This document shows, one piece after another, positions 46,783-55,724 of a stretch of 55,724 bases of DNA (the stretch's first letter is position 1; each line of letters starts with the position of its first letter). Position numbers and translations under genes: made by a program. The notes beneath the pieces were generated by a model. It saw only the letters and a program-made list of their open reading frames with translations, had not been told where the DNA came from and searched no databases. This DNA is from an uncultured Planctomycetaceae bacterium (GTDB lineage Bacteria > Planctomycetota > Planctomycetia > Pirellulales > UBA7805): the NCBI GenBank assembly GCA_964347545.1, contig CAYFZZ010000192.1, positions 1 to 55,724 of the forward strand, read 5' to 3'.

Positions 46783-48048
46783 ATGATTCGGGTTGCAGAG
46801 CGGCATGCCAGTCCGGTCGCTGGCAAGGATAATGTCAGCAGTCTTCTTTCCCGAGCTCTGGATGCGGGCGGTGGCCTCCTGCGGCTGACCCCCACCTGGG
46901 TGCCGCGCAGCTTCCTCCACCCCGGTCGCCGGATCAAGCTGGCACCCGCCGACTGGTACGCCTTCGGGGCTGATCGGGGAGGGATCGACGAACGCTGGTT
47001 TGCCAGTACGACCGAGGCTGCCAACGAGAACCGTGAGCCCGACGAGGGGCTCAGCTACATCGTCTGCGAGGGCCAGCGGTTCCTGCTGAAGGACGCCATC
47101 GCCGAAGACGGCCCGACCCTCATCGGCTCGGCGATCAGCGACCGCTTCGGCCGGTGGCCGGTCTATTCGAAGTTTTTCGACAACATGGGGCCCATCCCCC
47201 ACCACATGCACCAGTCCTTTGCCGACGCGGCGCTGGTCGGCCAGGAGGGAAAGCCAGAGGCCTACTATTTCTCGCCGCAGATGAACAACGTCGACAACAA
47301 TTTTGCTTATACCTTTATGGGGCTCGAGCCGGGGACGAGCCGTCAGCAGTTGCGGCGGTGTCTGGAAAACTGGGACCAGGGAGACAACGGGATTCTGGAC
47401 CTGAGCCGGGCTTACCGCTTGCGGCGGGGAACCGGCTGGCTGATCCCCCCCGGCGTGCTGCACGCCCCAGGGTCGCTGTGCACCTACGAACCCCAATGGG
47501 GCAGCGACGTGTTCGGCATGTTTCAGTCGCTGGTCGAAGGCCGCGAAGTCCCCTGGTCACTGCTGGTCAAGGACGTGCCCCCCGACAAGCACCACGATCT
47601 GGACTACATCATCGGGCAGCTGGACTGGGAAAAGAACGTCGACACGCATTTCAAGGATTCCCATTACGTCGAGCCGATCCAGGACGAGAGCCGTTCGGGT
47701 GACGGCTATACCGATCTGTGGATTACCTACGGCACCATCGACGGCCAGCAGCTGTTTTCCGCCAAGGAGTTGACGGTCCAGCCGGGTGCCAGATGCACCC
47801 TGCAAGACCCCGGCGCCAGCGGCTGGATCACCGTGCAAGGCCGCGGGCGGATGGGCAAGCTGACCCTGCAGACCCCAGCCATGATTCATTTCGGCCAGGA
47901 GACCGAAGACGAAGTCTTCATCAGCCACCAGGCGGCCGCCCAGGGGGTCGAGATCGAGAACACGGGCAGCGAGCCGCTGGTTGGGCTGCGCTACTTCGGT
48001 CCCGACGCGCACGACAACCTGCCCCAGGTCGGGGATCACCGCCGCTAG
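46783..48048 (+). CDS. Cupin-type sugar isomerase-like protein (class I mannose-6-phosphate isomerase-like)
   Basis: The [20 protein letters not shown] and [14 protein letters not shown] motifs resemble PMI-type metal-binding cupins. Confidence 0.65.
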   Translation: MIRVAERHASPVAGKDNVSSLLSRALDAGGGLLRLTPTWVPRSFLHPGRRIKLAPADWYAFGADRGGIDERWFASTTEAANENREPDEGLSYIVCEGQRFLLKDAIAEDGPTLIGSAISDRFGRWPVYSKFFDNMGPIPHHMHQSFADAALVGQEGKPEAYYFSPQMNNVDNNFAYTFMGLEPGTSRQQLRRCLENWDQGDNGILDLSRAYRLRRGTGWLIPPGVLHAPGSLCTYEPQWGSDVFGMFQSLVEGREVPWSLLVKDVPPDKHHDLDYIIGQLDWEKNVDTHFKDSHYVEPIQDESRSGDGYTDLWITYGTIDGQQLFSAKELTVQPGARCTLQDPGASGWITVQGRGRMGKLTLQTPAMIHFGQETEDEVFISHQAAAQGVEIENTGSEPLVGLRYFGPDAHDNLPQVGDHRR

Positions 48049-48082
48049 GGGACCTGTTTCGCGGAGCAACGAAAGGAAATTG

Positions 48083-49123
<1,041 letters not shown>

Positions 49124-49200
49124 GCCAGCCAGCCGTCCCCACGAGGGCGAACGGCCAAATCGGGAAATGCCAGTTGAAAGCGAATTGAGGTAGTAAAACC

Positions 49201-50346
49201 ATGTCCGCAAAACGGCTGAACATCGGCGTGATCGGTTGTGGCTTTATGGGCCGAGCCCATTCGAATGCGTACAACCGGGTCAGAAATTTTTTCGATCTGC
49301 CCTACCAGCCGGTGCTGCGAGCGGCTTGTGCTCGGAGCGAAGCGGAGCTGCAGGCGTTTGCCGACACGTGGGGTTACGAGTCCGTGGAAACCGATTGGCG
49401 AAAACTGGTCGCTCGGGATGACATCGATGCGGTCGATATCTGCGTGCCCAATAATTTGCACTGCCAGATCGCTCAGGCCGCCGCGGAACAGGGCAAGATG
49501 ATCCTCTGCGAAAAGCCGCTGGCCATGAACGCCGAGGAAGGGGAGGCGATGTGCCAGGCGGTGGAAAAGGCCGGGGTGGCCAATACCGTGTGGTACAACT
49601 ATCGCCGCGTCCCCGCAGTGACGCTGGCCAAACGCCTCCTGGAGGAGGGCCGCTTGGGGAAAATCTTCCACTACCGCGCCAATTTCCTGCAGGACTGGAC
49701 CATCGCCGAAGACCTGCCCCAAGGGGGCACCGCCCTCTGGCGGCTCGACGCCGCCGCCGCCGGCAGCGGCGTCACCGGCGACCTGCTGGCCCATTGCATC
49801 GATACGGCCGTGTGGCTGAATGGGTCGATCCAGGACGTGAATGCCATGACCGAGACCTTTGTCAAGCAGCGCCAGCACGCGTTGACCGGGAAGGTCGAAC
49901 CGGTAGGCATCGACGATGCGTGCGCCTTCCTCTGCCACTTTGCCAACGGTTCCCTGGGCCTCTTCGAATCGACCCGCTATGCAAGGGGCCACAAGGCGCT
50001 CTACACGTTCGAAATCAATGGCGAACACGCGTCGATCAAGTGGGACCTGCACGATTTGCATCGACTGGAGTGGTTCGACCATCGCGACGAAGGAAGACTG
50101 CGCGGGTGGCGGTCGATTCACGTCACCGACCACGGCGGTGACCACCCCTACATGGACCACTGGTGGGTGCCCGGCCTCCAGATCGGCTACGAACACAGCT
50201 TCGTGCATCACGTCGCCGATTTCTTGCTCAGCCTCGACAGCGACCAGCCCTGCCACCCCACCTTCCGCGACGCGCTGGAGACCCAAAAAGTCTGCGACGC
50301 GGTGCTCAACAGCGCCCAACACCGCAGCTGGCAGGTCGTCGGCTAG
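49201..50346 (+). CDS. Gfo/Idh/MocA-family NAD(P)-dependent oxidoreductase
   Basis: The [17 protein letters not shown] Rossmann motif and the CEKPLA (EKP) motif are present. Confidence 0.9.
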   Translation: MSAKRLNIGVIGCGFMGRAHSNAYNRVRNFFDLPYQPVLRAACARSEAELQAFADTWGYESVETDWRKLVARDDIDAVDICVPNNLHCQIAQAAAEQGKMILCEKPLAMNAEEGEAMCQAVEKAGVANTVWYNYRRVPAVTLAKRLLEEGRLGKIFHYRANFLQDWTIAEDLPQGGTALWRLDAAAAGSGVTGDLLAHCIDTAVWLNGSIQDVNAMTETFVKQRQHALTGKVEPVGIDDACAFLCHFANGSLGLFESTRYARGHKALYTFEINGEHASIKWDLHDLHRLEWFDHRDEGRLRGWRSIHVTDHGGDHPYMDHWWVPGLQIGYEHSFVHHVADFLLSLDSDQPCHPTFRDALETQKVCDAVLNSAQHRSWQVVG

Positions 50347-50362
50347 TCCCCACGCCGTCGCT

Positions 50363-50495
50363 GCGGGTTGCGGGTTGCGGGTTGCGGGATGCGGGATGCG
50401 GGATGTGGGTTGCGGGATGCGGGGTGTGGGTTGTGGGTTGCGGGGTGTGGGTTGCGGGATGCGGGATAGGGGATACGGGATGCGAGTTACGGGAT
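50363..50495 (+). repeat. 19-unit tandem heptamer array (GCGGGTT / GCGGGAT / GTGGGTT variants)
   Basis: Strict 7-nt periodicity read directly from the sequence. Every unit carries a GGG or GGGG run on the plus strand. Three more units recur at 50693-50715. Confidence 0.92.
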
Positions 50496-50519
50496 TCGCG
50501 ATCGGAAACCGCTCGCGGT

Positions 50520-50690
50520 AGAGGGCCGGTCAGGCTGGGGTGTTCGCCCCAAAGGGGCGAGACCCGATAGCCCAGGCCGGAGGCCTGGGTGGGCCATGAG
50601 AAAAAAATCCCAGCCCCAAAGGGGCGTGACCCGTTGGTTTTCCTCCAGGGCTGCGCCCTGGCCTGTCTTGTCACGGCCCATGGGGCCCGT
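50520..50690. repeat. REP-like string of short GC hairpins
   Basis: CGCCCCAAAGGGGCG appears twice, at about 50545 and about 50614. CCCAGGCCGGAGGCCTGGG, CAGGGCTGCGCCCTG and GGCCCATGGGGCC are also present. Confidence 0.5.
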
Positions 50691-50740
50691 GTTGTGGGAT
50701 ACGGGTTGCGGGAAAACCTCCTGTTCGTGATCGTATTCCT

Positions 50741-50782
50741 ACTCGTACTCGTACTCGTACTCGCAATCGCAATCGTAATCCC
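50741..50782. repeat. 7-unit tandem hexamer (ACTCGT x3, ACTCGC, AATCGC, AATCGT, AATCCC)
   Basis: Read directly from the sequence. Confidence 0.85.
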
Positions 50783-50989
50783 AGAACCGCTCCGCCATGG
50801 CCAGTCCGTTTCGATGACGATGACGAGCACCGCTGCGCTGAGCACGAGCAGGAGAATTTTTAAGGGCCCGACGGTGGTCGTCTTCCGTGCAACTCAACCG
50901 CGGAGCGGTTGCAGCGATTAGCCCAAAGGTAAGCGCAGCGCCACCTCCGGAAGTCTACCAAAGGACAGGCATTATCGGCCTCTTCGGTC

Positions 50990-51081
50990 GATTGATGATT
51001 GACGAGTGTTGATTTTTGAGGTGCCGAATCAGGCGGCGCGGCGTTTCCACTTCGCAAATCAACAATCATCAATCATCAATC
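50990..51081. repeat. 26-bp AT-rich imperfect inverted repeat (24/26 pairs) around a 40-nt GC-rich spacer
   Basis: The left arm is GATTGATGATTGACGAGTGTTGATTT (50990-51015). The right arm is AAATCAACAATCATCAATCATCAATC (51056-51081). Confidence 0.85.
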
Positions 51082-51402
51082 AGAATTCGGCAGGCAGGCG
51101 GGGATAACGGGCTTTTCCGCCGGGGGACTTGTGTCGATTGACGCCGCCGGTGGCCGCCACCCAACTGAGCATGGGGACGGCTTCCCGTCATGCGGGGAGG
51201 GGACCCTGGTTCCGCGGGGTGACCCGCCGCGGGGCCGTCTGCCCCGCCATCAGGCCCGGGGGTGCTGGCTGGGAGGGCCTGCCAGCAATGCCGGCACGCG
51301 ATTGCCGTTGCCGTCGCGGGGCGCTTGCCGATAAAGTCCCTCCGCCTGCCGCCGGCACCCTCGGCGTCCCTCTGGTTGCTCGGATCTGGTCCTCCTCCCG
51401 CG

Positions 51403-53232
51403 ATGCTTGCCAAATTCCCCCACATCTCGCCGCTGGCCAAGCTGCTTGTCTGGCTGGGCCTGGTGGCCGTGCTGGCCGCACTCGTCCAGGCGGTGGCCTG
51501 GTTGGCGGGTACGGATTTTCACATTCTGGCCAGCGGCAAAGGTGGCCGGGGGGTGCTGTTGGCGCTGGCCCTCTCCAGCTTGCTGGCCATGATCGCCCTG
51601 GATCGCCGGCCCATCTCGGATTTTGGCCTGTTTGTGGGACCGCGGTGGAAGAAACTGTGGCTGGGGGGCCTGGTCATCGGGGCCACGACCTATCTGGTTT
51701 ACGCAGGTTTCGCGCTGGCCCTGGGGGGCTACGAGGTCAGCTTCGAGCGGATCACGGCGGCCCGGGCAGGCAAGGGGGTCCTGGCCGGGATGACCGCCAT
51801 GCCGCTGGCCCTGGTCCAGCAGATTCTCTTCAGCGGGTATTTGCTGGGCATGTTGCGACAGCGTTACAGCCGTCTGGCGGCGGTTGTGATCCCGGCCTTC
51901 CTGTTTGCCGTGATGGGGCGTTTGCACAATCCGCTGGCGGTGTTGGAACCGAGCGGTCAACCGCTGATCATCGGCCTGTTTCTGGTGGCCACCTTGTTGG
52001 GCACCTTGCGGTTGTTGACCGGCAGTATTCTCTTGCCGGCCGGGTTGCTGGCCGGCTGGATGTTTGTCCGCCGCGTGCTGGCCAAGACGGCCCTGGTGGT
52101 GCCCGCGTCCGAATCGGTCTGGACGCCGTGGCTGGTGCCCCGCGGCGATACCCGTCAGGGTCCGCTGATGTGGCTGTTGTTGAGCGCGGCCATTGCCGGA
52201 TGTTGGTGGGCCTTGCGGCGGCGGGGCGAAGCGGTCTTGCCGGCTGAGACGACGGGGATTGACGCCGATTTCAAACGCGTGTTTCCCCTCTTTCACGGCA
52301 GCGTGCTGGCGCCGCTGGATGTCTGGATCGAGCGGTTGGTGGCGGCTCGTTTCCGCATCGGCTGGGTCTATCTGCCGCGGTTGATCGTGGCCCTCGTGCT
52401 GTCGGCGGCCAACACCCTCCTGTCGCTGCCCGAACGACTGTTGTTGCCCTGGCTGTTGCGGCGGCGGACCGTCCCGGACCCGGTGTTCATTGTGGGTCTT
52501 CAGCGGACCGGCACCACGCATTTACACAACCTCATGGCGCTCGATCCCCAGTTCTGTACCACGCGGGCCTACCACATTTTCAACCCGGTCGGTTTTCTCT
52601 TTTCGGGCTGGCTGCTGGCGCCCCTGTTGCAGGCCTTCCTCCCCTGGAAGCGCCCCATGGATGCGGTGCGGTTTCACCTGTTTGCGCCCAACGAGGAGGA
52701 GTTTGTCCTGGCGGGGACCTGCGGGATTTCCCCCTACTGGGGGATGACGTTTCCCCGGCAATGGCCCGCTTACGACCGGCTGACCTACATCGACCAGCTG
52801 CCCGCCGCTGACCAGCAACGCTGGAAACGGCACTATCTCTTGTTCTTGAAAAAGCTGACCTGCTTTTCCGGCAAGCGGCCTTTGTTGAAGAGCCCCAACA
52901 ACACGGGCCGGGTGGCCGTCCTGCGGGGCATGTTTCCCCAAGCCAGGTTTGTCCATTTGCATCGCGATCCGGAGGTGGTCTACCTCTCGAACGTGCGTCT
53001 GGCTCGGGAAGCGCATGTGATCAACCAGCTGCAGGATCCCCAGCCGGATACCTCGTACCCCGCTCGGTTTCTGGAAAACTACGCCGCCATGGAAACGGCC
53101 TTTTACCGGGAGGCGGATCCGCTGCCCCCCGGCTGCGTGGTCGAGGTCGGTTTTGAGCAGCTGGAGAAATCGCCGGTTGCGGTACTGCGGCGGGTGTACG
53201 ACGAATTGGGCTTGGAGTGGACCGGGGCGTAG
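51403..53232 (+). CDS. Fusion protein: degenerate CPBP-like polytopic membrane domain + sulfotransferase domain, ending at an in-frame TAG
   Basis: The N-terminal ~330 aa contain multiple TM helices, with LVQQILFSGYLLG at the position of the CPBP EExxxR motif. The C-terminal domain has the PAPS 5'-PSB-like motif FIVGLQRTGTTHLHNL and RDPEVVYLS. Start at ATG 51403. Confidence 0.8.
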   Translation: MLAKFPHISPLAKLLVWLGLVAVLAALVQAVAWLAGTDFHILASGKGGRGVLLALALSSLLAMIALDRRPISDFGLFVGPRWKKLWLGGLVIGATTYLVYAGFALALGGYEVSFERITAARAGKGVLAGMTAMPLALVQQILFSGYLLGMLRQRYSRLAAVVIPAFLFAVMGRLHNPLAVLEPSGQPLIIGLFLVATLLGTLRLLTGSILLPAGLLAGWMFVRRVLAKTALVVPASESVWTPWLVPRGDTRQGPLMWLLLSAAIAGCWWALRRRGEAVLPAETTGIDADFKRVFPLFHGSVLAPLDVWIERLVAARFRIGWVYLPRLIVALVLSAANTLLSLPERLLLPWLLRRRTVPDPVFIVGLQRTGTTHLHNLMALDPQFCTTRAYHIFNPVGFLFSGWLLAPLLQAFLPWKRPMDAVRFHLFAPNEEEFVLAGTCGISPYWGMTFPRQWPAYDRLTYIDQLPAADQQRWKRHYLLFLKKLTCFSGKRPLLKSPNNTGRVAVLRGMFPQARFVHLHRDPEVVYLSNVRLAREAHVINQLQDPQPDTSYPARFLENYAAMETAFYREADPLPPGCVVEVGFEQLEKSPVAVLRRVYDELGLEWTGA

Positions 53233-53397
53233 CAGCGACGGTTGGAAAGTTATCTGGCCGGGCTGGCGGGTTATCAGAAGACGCGGCACAAAACGCTGAG
53301 CGAATTCGAGCGTGGGCAGATCCGCGCCACGATGTTGACCTTCCTCCACCGCTGGGGTTATGAGCCCGCAGCGGCAGATCGGCATAAAGCGGCCTAG
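53233..53397 (+). other. In-frame continuation of the sulfotransferase ORF beyond TAG 53230-53232 (54 codons, stop TAG 53395-53397)
   Basis: It translates as QRRLESYLAGLAGYQKTRHKTLSEFERGQIRATMLTFLHRWGYEPAAADRHKAA, which looks like protein sequence. It ends 2 nt before the next gene's ATG at 53400. Confidence 0.6.
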
Positions 53398-53399
53398 GC

Positions 53400-54629
53400 A
53401 TGCAGGCATACCTCCTGAAGACCGACACGGTGATCTCGCCGTTCCTGCGGCCAGCCCCTCAGATGCGGGTCCACAATCTGCCCCTGGGCAGCTGGCTGGA
53501 GACGTCGCTGCGGGATCTGGGCTGTGAGGTGGCTTGGATCGACTCCCCCGCAGAGGTCCGCAGGTTGCCCGCGTTGGTGGTTAGCGACAACTTGTTCGCC
53601 ACTTTCCCGGCGCTGAAAGCCTTTCTGCAGCAGGCGCGGCGGGCAGGAGGCAATCACCGCGCCGCCTTGCTCAGCTCGCCCTTGACCGAAAAGATGGTAC
53701 CCGCCCTGCAAGGGCCGCTGCTGACCGATTCGGCCGGCCGGCAGGTCCGCGCCTACGACGCCTATTACCTGGACCACATCGATCCCAGCCGGGGGTGGGA
53801 CCAGCAAGCCCGCCTGCTGTCCATCCCCCACCGCGTGCGGCTGCGGCGTCTGCGTACCAATCGCCAGTTTGAGGCCAGCCGGCGTTTTGTGGTGCCCCTC
53901 TCGACCGTCTACCTGGCACCGGTCCGGCATTGGGCAACCCTGCTGGCCGCCAACCTGCTGGGCATGAACGGCTTCTTTCTCCGCCTGGCTCAGCGGCACT
54001 GGCCCCGCGTGGCCCTCTTGCCGCTGCTGGCCGCCGGCCGCTCGGGCAGTTTGTTTCCGGGGGTGTGGCGAGCGAAGACGTATTTGGCGGGCAGCAGGTG
54101 CAGCGTGGCGGCCACGGCTCACGTAGAAGCCAGCACGCTGGGCCGCCGCGTGCGGATCGAACCCCAGGCCGTCGTCCGTAACAGCGTGTTGGATGATTTT
54201 GTCGAAGTCCGCGCCGGGGCGGTCGTCGATGGGTGCGTCCTGGGGCCAGGGGTGATCGTCGAGACGGGGAGCCATTTGCGGGGATGCGTGGCCGAGGAGG
54301 CGGCCTGTATTGGCGCTCGGTTCGTACAGCTCTCCGTGTTCGGCCGCGAATGCGTGGTCTGTCCCGAATCCGGGATCGCGGATTTTGTGATGCGGGGCAG
54401 CGTGAAGGTCAACCTGGATGGTCGTAAAATCCCCAGCGGCTCGCGCTATCTCGGCGGCTGCCTGGGCGATCACGCCTTCCTGGGTCCCACCATCGCGCTG
54501 CCGGGAGGCATGGAAATTCCCAATGGCTGCCAGCTGATCCCCCATCCGCGGAGCATGGTGGGGGACCTCCAGTCCCCCTTGCCTCCCACCATCCTGCGAC
54601 TGGATCGGGGTCGTCGACGGGCTGCCTGA
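53400..54629 (+). CDS. Left-handed beta-helix (hexapeptide-repeat) protein with N-terminal nucleotidyltransferase-like region, function unknown
   Basis: The C-terminal half shows repeated [LIV]-G-x-x-x-x hexads (VEASTLGRRVRIEPQAVVRNSVLDDFVEVRAGAVVDGCVLGPGVIVETGSHL ...). ATG at 53400. Confidence 0.65.
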   Translation: MQAYLLKTDTVISPFLRPAPQMRVHNLPLGSWLETSLRDLGCEVAWIDSPAEVRRLPALVVSDNLFATFPALKAFLQQARRAGGNHRAALLSSPLTEKMVPALQGPLLTDSAGRQVRAYDAYYLDHIDPSRGWDQQARLLSIPHRVRLRRLRTNRQFEASRRFVVPLSTVYLAPVRHWATLLAANLLGMNGFFLRLAQRHWPRVALLPLLAAGRSGSLFPGVWRAKTYLAGSRCSVAATAHVEASTLGRRVRIEPQAVVRNSVLDDFVEVRAGAVVDGCVLGPGVIVETGSHLRGCVAEEAACIGARFVQLSVFGRECVVCPESGIADFVMRGSVKVNLDGRKIPSGSRYLGGCLGDHAFLGPTIALPGGMEIPNGCQLIPHPRSMVGDLQSPLPPTILRLDRGRRRAA

Positions 54630-54708
54630 ACGAGCGTGGCCAGGCGTTTGGTGGCAGTTGCCCCGCATGATGCTTGACAGCGTCGCGGAGGGCCTGCCAA
54701 GCTGCAAG

Positions 54709-54780
54709 TTTGCTGGGCAGCTTCCCTTTGCTGAGCAGCTTCCTTTTGCTGAGCAGCTTCCTTTTGCTGAGCAGCTCGCC
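54709..54780 (+). repeat. 18-nt tandem repeat x4 (TTTGCTGAGCAGCTTCCT)
   Basis: Read directly from the sequence. The two central units are identical and the outer units differ at 2-3 positions. The array ends 14 nt before ATG 54794. Confidence 0.9.
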
Positions 54781-54793
54781 AGTCGCCCGCGCC

Positions 54794-55474
54794 ATGAACT
54801 ACCTCGCTCACGCTCGTCAACACCTCAACCACCCCTACGTGGTCGCCGGCACGGCGCTTCCCGACTGGCTGAACGTCTGCGATCGCCGGCTGCGGGTCCG
54901 CCGTCGGCATGCCGAGCCTTTTTTGTCGCATCCGGACGAATCCCTGGCCGCGATCGCGCGGGGAGTCCGGCAACATCATGACGACGATGCCTGGTTTCAC
55001 CAGACCCCAGCGTTCGCTCAGCTGTCGCTGGAAATGACCGTCCGCGTCCGCGAGGCGCTGGCCGGCGACGAGGGGATGCGGGTCTACTTTTTGGGGCATA
55101 TTTTGGTCGAGCTGCTGCTGGACGCGGCCCTGGCCGCGGCCGATCCGCAACTGCTGGATCGCTATTACCAGGCGCTCTCCACCGTCGATCCCGCTCGAGT
55201 CGCGGGGGCGGTCCGCCAGATGAGCGGTCGCCCGGCGCCGCCCCTGGCCGCCTGGATCCCGCGGTTTATCGCCGAACGCTTCTTGTGGGACTACGCCGAC
55301 GATGACAAACTGTTGTGGAGGTTGAATCAGGTCATGCGGCGGGTGGGCTTGGCGCCCCTTCCCGCCCGCTTGACGCAGATCTTTCCCGCAGCGCGACGAC
55401 AAGTTGCCCAGCAAACCATTCCGCTGCTGACGCCAGCTGAACAAGGCACCGCGTCGGCAGCGGAAGCCAAATGA
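54794..55474 (+). CDS. Acyl carrier protein phosphodiesterase (AcpH)-like protein
   Basis: The N-terminus MNYLAHARQHL plus HHDDDAWFH and GHILVELLLD match the AcpH-family pattern from recollection. The frame is open upstream to TTG 54674, through the repeat array. Confidence 0.65.
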   Translation: MNYLAHARQHLNHPYVVAGTALPDWLNVCDRRLRVRRRHAEPFLSHPDESLAAIARGVRQHHDDDAWFHQTPAFAQLSLEMTVRVREALAGDEGMRVYFLGHILVELLLDAALAAADPQLLDRYYQALSTVDPARVAGAVRQMSGRPAPPLAAWIPRFIAERFLWDYADDDKLLWRLNQVMRRVGLAPLPARLTQIFPAARRQVAQQTIPLLTPAEQGTASAAEAK

Positions 55475-55489
55475 CCAAGGTAAACTGCC

Positions 55490-55724
55490 ATGAAGTACGG
55501 CATGAATTTGTTGTTGTGGACCGGTGAACTGAACGAGGACTTGATCCCGGTGCTGGAGTCCCTCAGGGAACTCGGTTACGACGGTGTGGAACTGCCCCTG
55601 TTCAACTACGAGCTGGATTATGCCGGCTGGAGCCAGCGGCTGGATGACCTGGGCTTGGCGCGGACGGCCGTGACGGTGCGGGGCGCCGAGGATAATCCCA
55701 TCAGCCCGGATGCCGGAGTGCGAG
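55490..55724 (+). CDS. Xylose-isomerase-like TIM-barrel protein, N-terminal fragment (3' end outside window)
   Basis: MKYGMNLLLWTGELNEDLIPVLESLRELGYDGVELPLF is a typical N-terminus for this family. The frame is open to the window end. Confidence 0.75.
   Translation, partial: MKYGMNLLLWTGELNEDLIPVLESLRELGYDGVELPLFNYELDYAGWSQRLDDLGLARTAVTVRGAEDNPISPDAGVR

Noticed and set aside
50363-50782. CRISPR array as an explanation for the tandem repeats here, at 11700-11760 and at 54709-54780.
   Set aside because: The units are 6-18 nt and directly abutting, with no unique spacers. No cas genes occur in the window.

Overview
This is a 55.7-kb, gene-dense chromosomal segment with about 41 protein genes. 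GC is high by eye (roughly 63-66 %) but falls to about 50 % in the first ~0.9 kb. The gene content suggests Planctomycetota: a BBP7-like outer-membrane barrel, a Ser/Thr-kinase/FHA/ECF-sigma module, a sulfatase-fold protein, and G-rich microsatellites in intergenic DNA. That taxonomic call comes from recollection of these families, not from a search.

Recognisable housekeeping genes are msrB, tkt, tal, hisG, hisI, ribD, a complete pstS-pstC-pstA-pstB-pstB-phoU operon followed by a CHAD-domain gene, and a membrane H+/Na+-pyrophosphatase (hppA). Accessory-looking content falls into four groups:
- A six-gene, same-strand signalling module at 5.5-11.5 kb: PspA-like protein, double FHA, membrane Ser/Thr kinase, membrane protein, ECF sigma, Zn-finger anti-sigma-like protein.
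- A lipid-type locus at 29.9-40.4 kb: OM barrel, MMPL/RND transporter, free-standing condensation-domain acyltransferase, a ketosynthase-like protein with its Cys-His-His triad replaced, a GNAT-like protein, and an NAD-dependent reductase/epimerase.
- A sugar-isomerase/oxidoreductase cluster at 45.2-50.3 kb.
- A membrane-domain::sulfotransferase fusion interrupted by an in-frame TAG, followed by a hexapeptide-repeat protein and an AcpH-like protein.

I found no rRNA, tRNA, CRISPR array, transposase, integrase or phage gene.

The observations I rank highest are:
- The barrel/MMPL/PapA-like trio, a possible diderm analogue of the mycobacterial PapA-MmpL lipid export pairs.
- The triad-less ketosynthase paralogue.
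- The two PstB ATPases with complementary motif degeneration.
- The internal amber codon in the sulfotransferase fusion.
- A 1-kb non-coding stretch packed with a 19-unit G-rich heptamer array and other repeats.
- A small SD-preceded ORF with an intrinsic terminator in an otherwise unassigned 0.5-kb GC-rich transcript tail.

All functional calls rest on motif recognition by eye and need HMM or BLAST confirmation.
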